Both the position numbers and the translations under genes were made by a program. Below the pieces are notes generated by a model. That model made no database searches. It was given only the letters and a program-made list of their open reading frames with translations, and was not told the DNA's origin. From Lytechinus pictus (lineage: Eukaryota): a stretch of 64,000 bases of DNA. The stretch lies in assembly GCF_037042905.1 (NCBI RefSeq), contig NC_087263.1, positions 13,580,001 to 13,644,000 on the forward strand, written 5' to 3'. Of the stretch, positions 1 through 12,471 are shown in pieces (position 1 is the first letter of the stretch; the number at the start of each line of letters is the position of its first letter).

Positions 1-963
1 ATGGAGATGTTGAGAACCTGCATCCACGAGTGATCATTTCATTCATTTTTGTAACGACCATGTCATGCATGTGCTGCAGAGTTACCAAGTCTCACGCATC
101 CAGGGTCCGTCTCACGATCTCACGCATGGCACCCATTTTTCTCACGCATCGGGACCCGACAGAAAAAAAAGAGAAAAGTAGCATTATTCGCTAGATAATA
201 CGCACTGGCCGACCGCCTTCGCACGCCGTCGCGTCTACCCCGGCACGCGAGACGAATCGAGAGTGCAGTCAGCGCACAGCTAGTACGTGATACGATGAAT
301 AGCGTGCGTGTATCGCATGGTTTTGTAGTATGGATCGATATCATGATGAAGCCCATATCTCGCGTGCACGCAGAGACGCCGAGTCATGAAAATCTCACGC
401 ATAACATTTTTTTTAACTTGGCATCTCTGGTGCTGTTTCCATTTTCACTTTTGATTTTTTTTTTCCGTTATCATCTTGACTGGAATCAAAATGAATAAAT
501 AAAGGTACATTGCCAATATATGTAACCCCCCCCCCCCGAAAATGACATGGGCGTTCAGGTGCATTGTCCCATATGCCCCGGGGCGGCCCTTAGAGTCGCG
601 ATAATGAAAGGAAGAAGAACTACATCTTTATGAGTATTACTGTCGTAGTAGAGTTGTTAATGCGATCAAACCTTTTAGATTAAAACCCAAGGAACAAGCT
701 GCACTAGTGCAAATAATTTTTAATATTGCCTTTGTAAATCATTTTTAATCTTCAATCCTTATTTTTTAATCTTCAATCTGATTGGCTCATTACAAAAGTA
801 AATCTAAACCAATTATATTCATGTGATGTGCAATATAGGCCTTTAACTTAGCTGCATAAAATTCACATAAAATAATGGTTTGACCAGTTTACATGCGAGT
901 AATTATGACCATGAATGGAGTATTTTATGTTACAAGCAATGTTACATTTATAAAATACAAATT

Positions 964-1650
964 TTGAGAAGAAAACAAGTGTACAAATAACTTGCCACTG
1001 CTCGCCATTTAATTCCATACGAGGCATCAAAACACATAGGCAATATGCCTAAGGTAATGAACATCAACACAATCTGAATAATGTCGTGAGACATAACAAA
1101 AGACTACATATGCATTAGAACTGTGGCATACTGAAAGATATGGTCACGTGAACACCAGGAGGGTAATAATAATAATAATAATATACAGTTCTTGTATAGC
1201 GCATATCACAATTATGAATAATGTCTCTATGTGCTTCCAAAGGACTTGGATATTATTACCCCAGCTGTAGCTTGGCAGCCGTAATTACTAAGATTACAGC
1301 GCACACGCATTTCAAGGAATAAATTCCTGTCAGGTACCCATTCAGCTCACCTGAGTTGAGTGCAGCACAATGTGGATACATTTTTGGCCGAAGGAAATTA
1401 CGCTATGGCTGGGATTCGAACCCACGACCCTCTGTTTCAAAGTCCGGAGACTAATCCACTGTGCCACAACGCTCCACGGTAGTAACTCCTCCCTGGGGCT
1501 GTTGATCACGTGACCCACCCGCAGGATAGTAGTTCCCACGGGTATTTCCCTTAAATCTTGGTAATCAACATCCTTGGAGCATATACTTTGATATTAATAT
1601 TGGTGATCTGTCAGCTTTCAAACAATTTGTTTCTGAACACAAACCTTCTT
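964..1650. repeat. Duplicated block X, copy 1 (interrupted by a SINE); copy 2 is at ~17851-18220
   Basis: Near-identical text 'ttgagaagaaaacaagtgtacaaataa...tctgaacacaaaccttc' at both places, apart from the 1166-1477 insertion. Confidence 0.9.
1166..1477 (-). mobile_element. Full-length tRNA-derived SINE (Gln-TTG-like head, L2-type 3' stem and (TAT)n tail)
   Basis: The minus strand reads gtggagcgttgtggcacagtggattagtctccggactttgaaacagagggtcgtgggttcgaatccc (A and B boxes) and ends gcgctatacaagaactgtatattattatt. GGTA is duplicated at 1162-1165 and 1478-1481; the empty site is at 18050-18053. Confidence 0.9.
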
Positions 1651-1894
1651 CATATTGTATAAGGCTATCCTTTCATGCTTCTCCTTACCATTTACGTATA
1701 ACAACCAAAATTAGCCACATTACGTACTATGCTTCCTTAAGTCTGAAAATACATATGACATGTATATACATATATCCATACTATGATTGTCTCCGCAACC
1801 ATGTTGTATCTGTGTATGCCCTCTTGATAAACGCTGTAATTGCCCGCCCAACCTTCCAACCTTATGCAGGCCAAAGAGTTACCTTCAGATATCC

Positions 1895-3575
1895 CGTGCT
1901 CCTAATTTCCAACAAAAAATCAATATCTCTACCAACCTCCCAACCATGCTGACATAATTATGCCCAACCTTCCAACCATAATGTTTTGTCTCACAGAAGC
2001 ATCATAAATCGTGATACACAAAATTTCCTAAACGTTTTCCATGCTCCTAATTTGCATCATAGAGCTCCAGGACTCAATGTCTCTCCCAACCTCCCAACCA
2101 TGCTGAAATGATTCTGCACAACCTCCCAACCATAATGTAATGTCTCACAGGAACATCTTTAATCGTGATACACAAAATTTCCTAAACGTTTTCCATGCTC
2201 CTAATTTGCATCATAGAGCTCAAGGACTCAATGTCTCTCCCAACCTCCCAACCATGCTGACATAATTCTTCCCAGCCTCCCAACCATAATGTAATATCTC
2301 ACAGGAGCATCATAAATCGTGATACACAAAGTTTCTAAACATTTTCCATGCTCCTAATTTGCATCACAGAGCTCAAGGACTCAATGTCCCTCCCAACCTC
2401 CCAACCATGCTGAAATAATTCTGCACAACCTCCCAGCCATAATGTAATGTCTCACAGGAGCATCACAAATCGCACTCACACTAGTACGAGGTTTGTATGT
2501 ATAGTAACCTCGTACACCGGACCGCGTTTGACCATGGATTTCGAAGTAGTCGGCGAACATCGCTTCATTGATGAAGTAATACTTGCCGAAACTCCTTCTC
2601 GCTACTCACCGGGGCTCTTTCCGGTAAGTAGCATTACAATAATGATTTAAAATTTAATTTGGAAATAAAAATCGTACAAAAAAGCAAATTTGCTTACCTC
2701 GGCCTGGAAAGTGACTTCGCATGTCTTTTCTACGAAAATACAAGGAAGCCCGTTGGTGGCGCTAATAAATTTCACAACCTTGATTCAGCTCCTCGGTAAT
2801 TTTATAACTGTGTCTAAATTCTTTGAATGCGCAATTCTTATGAATAGTTTAGGTGCCTAGTCTTTCCCCTGTCGTGTCTTTGATATGAATATAAATCGCG
2901 CGCCCTCTTTAGGCCAAAATTGAGGTTACGGATCGGCAAAAGGCAGCGACGTCAAGAGCAAGAAAAGATGAGGAACAGAGGGGAACAGAGTGCTCAAATA
3001 AGTCACCAAATGGACTTCATATGGATCGGTAAGTGAAATGGAACAATTTTATAAAATTATTATACATGTAGAAATATCGAATCGTGCAATTGCATGGAAG
3101 TGGTTTATCTGGACTCCAGGAATCTCCAAATTCTGTGGAAGGATCAGCTCATAGAGAGAGTTGCATGCGTCGTGCCTTGATTTTACCGTGCACGGCGGCA
3201 GCGATGCACCCATGGGTGCATAAATCGTGGTACACAAAATTTCCTAAACATAATCCATGCTCCTTATTTGCATGGTAGAGCTCAAGGACTCAAAGTCCCT
3301 CCCAACCTCCTAACCATTCTGTCCTACTGCCGTAATTCTGCCCAGCCTCCCAACCATAATGTAAAATATCACAAGAATATCATAAATCGTGAAACACAAT
3401 GACAAAATTTCCTAAAGATTTTCCATGCTCTTAATTCCATCAAAAAATCTCGAAAGTCAATGTCTCTCCCAACCTCCCAACCATGCTGGCCTACTGTCGT
3501 AATTTTGTCTAGCCTCTCAACCATAATATAATTTATCACAGGAATATCATAAATCGTGATCCACAACATTCCTAC
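1895..3575. repeat. ~154-bp tandem satellite (about 6 units), interrupted by an insertion
   Basis: The anchor aatcg(tgatacacaaa) recurs at 2007, 2161, 2315 and 2468 and resumes after 3219; units contain ctcccaacctcccaaccatgctga. Confidence 0.9.
2473..3218. mobile_element. 746-bp non-autonomous insertion with a probable 9-bp TSD; superfamily unknown
   Basis: Flanked by cacaaatcg (2464-2472) and cataaatcg (3219-3227); very short termini CACTCA...TGGGTG; hairpin gtacgaggtt...aacctcgtac near the left end. Confidence 0.65.
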
Positions 3576-3923
3576 ATGTAGATATGGTTATTCTCAACAG
3601 TAACTCAGCTCTACGTATAAATTCAGTTGGTATGGTAACACACAACAATCATTTATTGTTACACTGCAATGCCTCACAATCATGCAGCCCCTACACACGT
3701 TCACCTTGTGTGTCTACATTTTGAACTAAAGTCAGGTCCTCCCCCTCGATATTATAAAAATAAATCCCGATATTATAAAAAAAAAAAGTACATAGGCTGG
3801 GAGGGGAGGGAAACTTGTTGCCTCGATGGGATTTCAAACTGCAATGGCTTTATACGTGCACACGTCACTACAGAGCCGGGGTAATATTATGCAGCGCTTT
3901 GAATCATTTGTATTAAGCGCTAT

Positions 3924-6779
3924 TAGACGGGTCAATATATGGTTTGACCCGGAAAAAATTGCAATAAATGATTTTCCAACTGTTTCTGGCAGTATTTGAC
4001 CTCAGGAATAACATACTAAAATTATACCAAATCCGCACATGGGAAAGTAGTTATTTTCAAGATGGCGTCCAAGATGGCCGCCATTCACTGAAAATTGATA
4101 TAACTCACTCATCATCCACCCTAGAATCCTATTAAGATTCATATTTATTTCATGGTCTAGTGGGTAAACGAATTTATTGATGCAAGTTAGAGTGAATATT
4201 AGCACTCCAGGGTACCAGGAAAATCCAAGATGGCGCTCAAAATGGCTGCCGTAGACAAAAACAATACAAAATTCATCTATTACTTACTTTAGTGGCTTTA
4301 ATTTGGTTTTTGTTCAATGGTTTTAATGGTGAAGTAGTACATCAGGACAAGTAATAAGGACGGCCAGTGGTCTGGTGTGTCCAAAAATCAAAGATGGCTT
4401 CCAAAAATGGAGTTTAAAATTGATGTTATACTTAAAATGGACATAGCACATATCATGTCCACCTGAGAGATATGATTTTGGTTTCTAGACCATGGTTCTA
4501 ATGGTCAAATAATATATTGGGACAAGTTACAAGGACAGTCAGTGGTCCAGTATGCTAAAAAAAACAAAGATGGCTTCCAAAGATGGAGTTAAAAAATGCT
4601 ATTGCTTTAAAAAAAAACCCAACTTAGTTTGTTAAATATCCGGGAATATAATTTTTGTGCCTATACCATGGTTAAATGGGTCAAAATAATATATTGGGAT
4701 AAGTTACAAGGACGATGGGTGGTCAAGTATGTCCAAAAGTCCACAGTGGCTAAAAATAGTATAAATTAGCCGCTGGTATTTCCCAAATGGACATAGTTCA
4801 TGTAATATCCGTCAAGGGCATATGATTTTGATGTTCATACTATGGTTTTAAAAGTCAGACAATTAGTTACAATTAGTCAGTGGTTCATTGGGTCGAAAAT
4901 CCAAGGTGGCTTCCAAAAAATCGGAGACTAAAATGACTGCTGGTTCTTTAAAAATGGACATAGTTCGTTTAAAATCAATGAAGGAGATATGATTTCGGTG
5001 TCCACACTATGGTTTCATGGTTAAAATAATACGTTTGGACTGGTTACATATAATATGCAGCTGTCCAGTTTGCCTTTAAAATCCAAGAGGGTTTTCAAAA
5101 AGGCATCTAAAACGACTCATATATACTCAATAATGGTTCTACAACATATATCTGTAAGAAATAATGGTGGTCTCTAAATTGTGGTATAAAGGGTCAAATT
5201 ATACATTCGGACAAGTAGCACGAATGGTTAGTATTCCATTTTGTCAAAAAAAAATCAATGGCGGTTTTTAAAATTTCATCAAAATGGGTGCTGTTACCAA
5301 CTCATAAAACAATATGATAACTTATCCATATGCATTTAAATGTAGGCATCAAGATTATTTCTCACAGGTTGATATTGTATGAACTATGTCCATTTTAAGC
5401 AAAAGCATTCACTTCAGAACCCATTTTTTAAAGCCAACTTCGATTTTAAGGCAAAATGCACATTCTGCATATCATGGTAACCAGTCCCAAAGTATTTTTT
5501 GACCCTTGAAACCCTAGTGTAGACACCAAAATAATATCCCCGATGTGTATTTATAATGTTCTATATCCACCTTTAAGTAAGAACAGTAATTTAAGACCCC
5601 CATTTTCAAATCCATCTTCGATTTTTGGAAATACCTGACACCTGACTGTCCTTTCAACGTAACCGAATGTATTACTTGACCCTTTAAACTCTAGTGTAGA
5701 TAACAAAATCATACCTCCAGGACGTATTTCTAACAAACTACGTATATTTAAAGTAAAAACAGTCAATTTGTACCCCATTTTTTAAAAGTCATCTTGGATT
5801 TTTAAACATACAAACAACTGGCTGATCTTGTAACTTAGCCTAGTGTATTACTTGACCCTTGAAACCATGATTTAGACACCAAACTCATATTCCCCAGACA
5901 GGTATTGAACAAACTATGTACTTTTATAAGTAATATCATACAGTTTTTTACTCCATTTTTGGAAGCCATCTTGGAATTTCGGACATACTACATGTAAATC
6001 ACTGACTGTCATTGTAACTTGTCCTAATTATGAATTGACCCTTGAAACTATAGTTTAGACACCGAAATCATATCTCACAGGCGGATATAAAATGAGCTGT
6101 GCCACTTTTAAGTATCAGCGGCCATTTTAGAATCAATTTTTGGAAGCCATAATGGATTTTTGGTCATAGCAGACCACTGACCGGCCTTAAAACTTGTCCC
6201 AATATATAATTTTGACCCATGGAACCAGTGATATAGACACCAAAATCGCATCTCCCAGGCCGATATGAAATAAGCTATGCCACTTTTAAGTAACAGCAGT
6301 CAATTTAGAATCAATTTTTGGAAGCCAACTTAGATTTTTTGACAAATCAGGCGACTGACCGTCCTTGTAACTTGCCCTAATGTATTAATTGACTCTAGAA
6401 ACCAGTGGAGTAGACACCAAAATCACACTTCCCTGGCCGATATAAAATGAGCGTTGTCCGTTTTAAGTACCAGCAGCCTATTTTTAAGATCAATGTTTGG
6501 AAGCCACCTTCGATTTTTTTTGACATATCAGATCACTGACTGTCCTTGTAACTTGCCCCGATGTATATTTGACCCATTTAACCATGGTATAGATACAAAA
6601 ACCATTATGTCCCAGGCGGATATGAAATCAACTATGTCCATTTTAATTGTCAACAGCCATTTAAAACTCCATTTTTAGAAGCCGTCTTGGATTTTGGACA
6701 CACCAGACCACTGGCTGTCCTTGTAACTTGTTCCAATTTCACCCTTAAAACCATTGTATGAAAAACAAATTAAAGCCAC
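3924..6779. mobile_element. Foldback DNA element (TAGACGGG end, ~179-bp subrepeats), right end lost; Academ-like
   Basis: Starts tagacgggtcaatatatggtttgacccgg as at 50509; gatggcttccaa units on the left are mirrored by ttggaagccatc units on the right; stops abruptly at aaattaaagccac, where the purine tract starts. Confidence 0.85.
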
Positions 6780-7925
6780 GAAAAGAGGAAAGGAGAGAGG
6801 GGAGAGGGGGAAAGGGAAAGGAGAAAAAAGAGAGAGGAAGAAGGAGGAAAGAAGAGGAGAGAGAAAGGGGAAAAGAAGAGGGGAAAAGAGAGGAAGAGGG
6901 GGAAGGAAGAAGAGGAGAAAAAGAAAGAGGAAAGGGGGAAAGAAAAGAAGAAAAAAGGGTGAGAATGAGGGGGAAGAAGGGAAGAAAAAAGAGAAAGGAA
7001 AAGGGGGAAAGAAAAGAGGAAAGGAGAGAGGGGAGAGGGGGAAAGGGAAAGGAGAAAAAAAGAGAGAGGAAGAAGGAGGAAAGAAGAGGAGAGAAAAAGG
7101 GGAAAAGAAGAGGGGAAAAGAGAGGAAGAGGGGGAAGGAAGAAGAGGAGAAAAAAGAGAGAGGAAAGGGGGAAAGAAAAGAAGAAAAAGGGAAGAGGGGG
7201 GAGGAAGGGAAGGAAAAGGAGAGGAAAAGGGGAAAGAAAGGAAAAGGAGAAAAAAGAGAGAGAGGGGAAGAGGGGAAAGGAAGAGAAGAAAAGAGAGAGA
7301 GGAAAAGAGGAAAGAAAATGAGAAAAAAGAGGAAGAGAAGAAGGGAGGAAGAGGGGGAAGAAAAAGAGGAGGGGATAAGAAAAGGAGAAAAAGGAGAGAG
7401 AGGAAGAATGAGGAAACAAGAGAAGAAAAAAGAGAGGGGAAAGCAAAGAAGAAAAAAGGAGAGGGGAAAGAAAAGAAGAAGAGGGGAAAGAAGGAGAAAA
7501 AAAAGGAAGAGGGGGAAGGAAGAGAAGAAAAAGGGAGGGGGAGGGGGAAGAAAAAAGAGGAAGCGGGGAAAGAAGAGGGGGGAAGAGAGAGGAAGAGGGG
7601 AAAAGGAAAAGGAGAAAAGGGAGAGAGAGGAAGAGGGAGGAAAGAAGAGGAAAAAAAAGAGAGGGGAAAGAAAAGAAGAAAAAAGGAGAAGAAGAGGGGA
7701 AAGAAAGAGAAAAAAAGAGGAAGAGGGGGAAGGAAGAGAAGAAAAGGGAGGGGGAGAGGGGGAGAGGGGGAAGAAAAAAGAGGAAGAGGGGAAAGAAAAG
7801 GAGATAGAGGAAGAGGGAAGAAAGAAGAGAAGAAAAAAAGAGAGAGAAATGGGGAAAGAAAAGAAGAAAAGGGGAGAGGTTGAGGGGGAAGGACGAGAAG
7901 AAAAAAGAGGTAGAGGAGAAAAGAA
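6780..7925. repeat. ~1.15-kb polypurine/polypyrimidine low-complexity tract
   Basis: Almost exclusively G/A on the plus strand, with internal repeats (e.g. gaaaagaggaaaggagagaggggagagggggaaagggaaaggag at 6780 and 7011). Confidence 0.95.
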
Positions 7926-8932
7926 AATGATGTTCGAACCAAAAGGGCGCCGAAATGATGTTTGAAGGAATGTCAAAATGATGTTCGAACTGGGGGCCGA
8001 ATTGATGTTCGAACGGGGGGGGGGACGAATTGATGTTCGACGTAGGGGCGCCAAATTGATGTTCGAACTAGCGGGCGCCAAATTAATGTTGGAACTAGGG
8101 GGCGCCAAATTGATACTCGAGCTAGGGGGGGGGGGCGAAATGATATTCGAACTAGGGGCGCCAAATTGATGTTGGACCTATATGTAGGGGCGCCGAATTG
8201 ATATTCGAACTAGGAGGGCGCCGAAATGATGTTCGAAGGGATGTTAAAGTGATGTTCGAACTGGGGGCGCCAGATTGATACTAGGGGGGGGGGGGGGAAT
8301 CGATGTTCGAACTAGGGGGGCGCCAAATTGATACTCGCACTAGGGGGCCTCAAAATTGATGTTGGAACTAGGGGGGCGCCAAATTGATACTCGAGCTAGG
8401 GGGGCGAAATGATATTCGAACTAGGGAAGCCAAATTGAGTTCGAAGGGATGCCAAAATGATGTTCAAACTGGGGGCCGAATTTATGTTCGAACGGGGGGG
8501 GGGGCGAATTGCTGATCGACCTACATGTAGGGGCGACGAATAGACACCTGAACTAGGGGGGGGGGCGCCGAAATGATGTTCGAACTAGGGGCACCACATT
8601 GATGTTTGAACTAGGGGGCGCCGGATTGATATTCGAACTAGGGGCGCCAATTTGATGTTCCAACTGGGGGCGCCAAATTGATGATCGACCTAGGGAGGCC
8701 AAATAGATGTTCGACGTAGGAGGGGGGGGGGGTGCGCCGAATTGATGTTCGACGTAGGGGCGCAAAATTTATGTTCGACATCGGGGGGGGGGGGCGCCGA
8801 TTGAATGTTCGAACTAGGGGCGCCAAATTGATGTTCGAACTAGGGGGCGCCGAATTGCTATTCGAACTTGGGGCGCCAAATTGATGTTCGAACGAGAGGG
8901 GCGCCAAAATGATGTTCGACATCGGGGGCGCT
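7926..8932. repeat. ~30-bp degenerate tandem array (ttgatgttcgaactaggggcgccaaa), transposon-subterminal-like
   Basis: About 30 head-to-tail copies containing the TTCGAA and GGCGCC palindromes; no unique spacers. Confidence 0.9.
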
Positions 8933-8947
8933 GGAATTGTGTATGGG

Positions 8948-9008
8948 TATGGCTTAAAAAGAATGCAACTAGTATAAGTTATACAAGTTGCATTCTTTTT
9001 AAGCCATA
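8948..9008. repeat. Near-perfect 61-bp palindrome
   Basis: tatggcttaaaaagaatgcaact-a-gtataa / g / ttatac-a-agttgcattctttttaagccata: 30-bp stem with one mismatch and a 1-nt spacer. Confidence 0.95.
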
Positions 9009-9396
9009 TACCTATAATTGCATAGGTTACAAAGCACATGTTAACATCGTCATGTTCAACACCAATAACAAGCAAGCAATGGCCCGCCGTGTAGCTAGTT
9101 GTAGGTGGGATAACTTGCGCTCCATAGTTATTTGGAAAGTGGAAATTGATAACCGTATATTCAGACCGCCTCGATCACATTACAAGAACTTGTTCAGGCC
9201 TTAAGACTATTCGTGTTATTGTTTCTGCATTCATACATTCCGTCCCGAAGAGACTTCCGAGAAATTCTCGAAGTTCTCGAAGTTACGAGCATGCACATTA
9301 TGGTCTGGAAAGCGGGCAAGGCGCGAATTCAAACTCGCCAGTCTGCAACTCATGGCGCCCAGGCGACCACGCCCAACTACAAAGTTCTCAAGTACC

Positions 9397-9499
9397 ATGG
9401 CCAGCAAAAAATCTTCAGGTTGCGAAAATCGAAAAAGAAAAGCGGAGAGGTTAAAGCAAGCTGGCTCCCTTGACAAGTACCTCCGCCCAAATTTGAAAG
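9397..9499 (+). pseudogene. Orphan first coding exon resembling a hAT (ZMYM1-like/Tip100-type) transposase N-terminus
   Basis: accATGG start; my translation is MASKKSSGCENRKRKAERLKQAGSLDKYLRPNLK, followed by G|gtagga (donor). The SG..RKRK...GSLDKY pattern resembles N-termini of ZMYM1-like hAT transposases. No downstream exons found. Confidence 0.5.
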
Positions 9500-9569
9500 G
9501 TAGGAACACATGGTGAAACATGAACATTCATCGATTGATAATTTGATGTCTCATTGAGAAGTTAGAATA

Positions 9570-9990
9570 TAGTGAATCCCCAGAAAAAACGAAACCGTAA
9601 TTCGGTGAAAGTTTTTGCTGCCATAATCATAATTTTTCTTCATGTGATGTATAAATCGAAATATATGATTTCTTTCTGTCATTTAAAGACCATATCAATG
9701 GTCATAAAACATGCATGACTGAGTTAGAACAATGGAAGTGGTGTTACCAAATTTTCGTTTGCACGAGCAATTTTACAATTTTTCTTGCTTTTACTGCTAT
9801 CTATTCGGAAATCAAAGTTCATAACTGAAACATCCATTTTCTTCTTTTTTATAATTATGAGACCCTCTTCGTAAAATATGAATGACGCACGGTCGAGAAA
9901 AAGTTGCATGAAACATATTTGATTCCCTACCTATTCGGTGAATCGTTGGAAAAGAAACATTTCACGGCAAAAATGTTAAGTTTAATATGC
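9570..9990. mobile_element. Decayed Tc1/mariner-type MITE, left-end fragment
   Basis: TA followed by tagtgaatccccagaaaaaacgaaaccg (CAGTG-type TIR pattern); gcatgactga motif 143 bp inside. Right boundary approximate. Confidence 0.45.
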
Positions 9991-10048
9991 CAAATTTAAT
10001 ATTTGTTTCCTTTGAATTATGGCTCAAAGCTCATGACCAGTTGACCAC

Positions 10049-11094
10049 CAATGGCGTAACTACGGGGGGGGGGGGGTGGGGGGCACGAGCCCCCCTCCCC
10101 CTCCCAATCGGCTGGCCAAAAAAAAAACGGGGAAAAGGAGAAAAAGAGGGAGAAAGGAAGAGAAACGTAGTGGGGAAAGAAGAAACTATTGTTAATTATA
10201 ATGTTATATTATATTATAATTATGTTATATATTACATTAGAAAAATCATAACTTTATGAAACATAATTTGCGCAGGGCCTATGTCTTCATTATTCCTGGT
10301 GCTCGCATTGTCTGTTAAACAAGATATATAACCCTGTTGTACTAAAAACTCCCGTTTTCAAGTCAATATACACCAAATATATTTCCCCGCACTTCGAATT
10401 ATTATTGTTTTATGTAGTGACATATATATGCTTCTTTTTCATGACTACTTAAAGTGATTGCCCCATTTTAAGGTCTTAATATAAAGCATTTCCTGTCCGT
10501 GCTTACTTTCGCATTCGCGGATTGGTGAGATATGTCTGTTCTTCAGGAATTCTTAAAATCAGTCCTTAAAATGTCCCTTTTTCTGATCTGAATTTCCTAA
10601 ATTTTCAGCTTGCGCTTCGCGCTCGCAATATTTGATTAGTGAGATGCGTATGATAATCATGATTACAATGATTACAAGTGCTTCATGTGTTTTGATGTAT
10701 ATCATTCTATCAAAATCAGCAAGCGCTTGGTACTCGCATTAGATGACTGTGGTGAGATATGTATACTCTAAATGGATTCCTAAAATATAGTCCTTAAAAT
10801 GTCCCTGTGTGGGGTCAATATATACAAAAATTTCAGCTCGCGCTTCGCACTCGCATTGTTTGTTTAGCGAGACAGGTATGTATTGTCATTACAAAAAATT
10901 GCTTATAATGTCCTTTTTTAGGTCTGAATTAAAAAAAAATTAAGCTAGCGCTACGCGCTCGCATTATGTGATCAGTGAGATACATATCCGTTTAATGGCA
11001 CTGCCATGGCAACTGAGCGCGCTTCGCGCGCTCTCTAAGTGACTCAAATTTTTTGCTGGTGCCCCCGCAATGCGTGACTCACGGTATGCCACTG
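10049..11094. mobile_element. hAT-type MITE with 8-bp TSD
   Basis: TIRs caatggcgta / tatgccactg; perfect TSD ttgaccac (10041-10048, 11095-11102); internal gcgcttcgcgctcgcatt repeats. Confidence 0.9.
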
Positions 11095-11681
11095 TTGACC
11101 ACCATAGTAATGAATGTATTTCGACCTTAGTGATGTCAGTTTGTTATACATTGAACCCTCGGCTATGAGGATAATTGACTGACGGCTATTTTGTTATTTG
11201 GGGGCTAGATCTATTTATTTAGTGCATATGAGGAGCTAAAAATCGGCCTTAGAGCTGAGTTCCAGTGTTTTTCCTACCCTGCTTTGGGGCCTTCTCATAC
11301 AATAGTTGACATAGACTCTATGATATTTGACATTTACCAAAAAGAAAGACTGGCACATTTTGTGTGCACGTCAACATTTCGTGTGTCACTCTGTGGATTT
11401 TGCTTGCCAACCGAATATCAACCCCCCCCCCAAAAAAAAAGAGCCGTTATTTGCACACAAGGTCAAAACATATATATTGATGTATAATTACCATTACCAT
11501 TACATACATAATAAAAACATGCATAAAAACAATTTGGACTTAATGATTTCACAGATTCAAATAATCTATTTCTACGGCTTCTGGGGTAATTTTCCAAACG
11601 ATATTGGATTCGACGTTTTCTTTGTACACTGCAAAATCATGTAGTTTGCAGTGAGCTAGTCGGGTAATTCCATGGATAGAA

Positions 11682-11843
11682 CAGGGGCCGAGGAAGCGGG
11701 GGTTCGGGGGCTTTAGGCCCTCCCCACTTCTGTCAAAACCGTGTGCAAAAACGTAAAAATTACCATAATTTTATGAATGTGATTTTTTGCATGGTCAGCA
11801 GCCCCCCCCCTCCTCCACTTTGAAAACCGTTCCGCGGCCCCTG
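11682..11843. mobile_element. 162-bp MITE with 5-bp TSD; related copy at ~37184-37318
   Basis: TIRs caggggccg / cggcccctg; TAGAA on both sides; the internal aaaaccgtgt...aaaattaccat...gcatggtcagcccc sequence is shared with the copy at 37.2 kb. Confidence 0.8.
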
Positions 11844-12471
11844 TAGAAACTGATGAACCGGCAGAAAGTTTACTTCATTAATTTTGTACTTTGCATGTGA
11901 ACCAGTTAATGAGGGAACTCTCAATTGGTCTCGGTAAAATACTGTGAAATGAGAAGTCCCCAAAGAAAACGGCCAGTCACCGACTGTTGCATATTTCTTT
12001 CACATGCAAACTAAAAATTACTATCCCTACGGGGGGGGGGGGGGCGTCAAGTAGATCTAAAACACTAAAGAAAAATGCTTAGCACGCCGTATCAACGGCA
12101 GGTAATGTTATTTTTTTCAGTTAGGCCCCCACAATCCCAAATCAACTAAATTAGATCTACTTCAAGTAGGTTTCCAAAAGTTTCAAAACTCCATAGACTC
12201 TACATATTATCTCACATACAACTTAATCTACATACAAGCCAAAGATCCATTGTATTTCAAGATTATGGTTGATGATTAACATAAATACAATAACGCCAAA
12301 TAAATTCAAATTACTCAATTCATATATTGATATCAAAATAAATATTTACATTTAGCGCATGTTTCCAATTCAAAACACTTTATAATTATATACACTACAT
12401 GATAGAAAACATCTCAATGTTACTTATACCATCGAACTTGTCACATACACGGGTGTATCTGCTAGTTTATA

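Noticed and set aside
1..420. CACG-rich segment (similar in style to the TTCGT-rich 39420-39990)
   Set aside because: Probably DNA-transposon subterminal sequence, but no paired TIR/TSD is visible in the window.
1400..1477. Functional tRNA-Gln gene
   Set aside because: It is the head of a SINE with body, tail and TSD.
6675..8169. Long ORFs (187-477 aa) rich in K/R/E/G or F/S/P/L
   Set aside because: Artefacts of the purine tract, which lacks stop codons on either strand.
7926..8932. CRISPR-like ~30-bp repeats
   Set aside because: Degenerate head-to-tail units without unique spacers; no cas genes; spliceosomal eukaryotic context.
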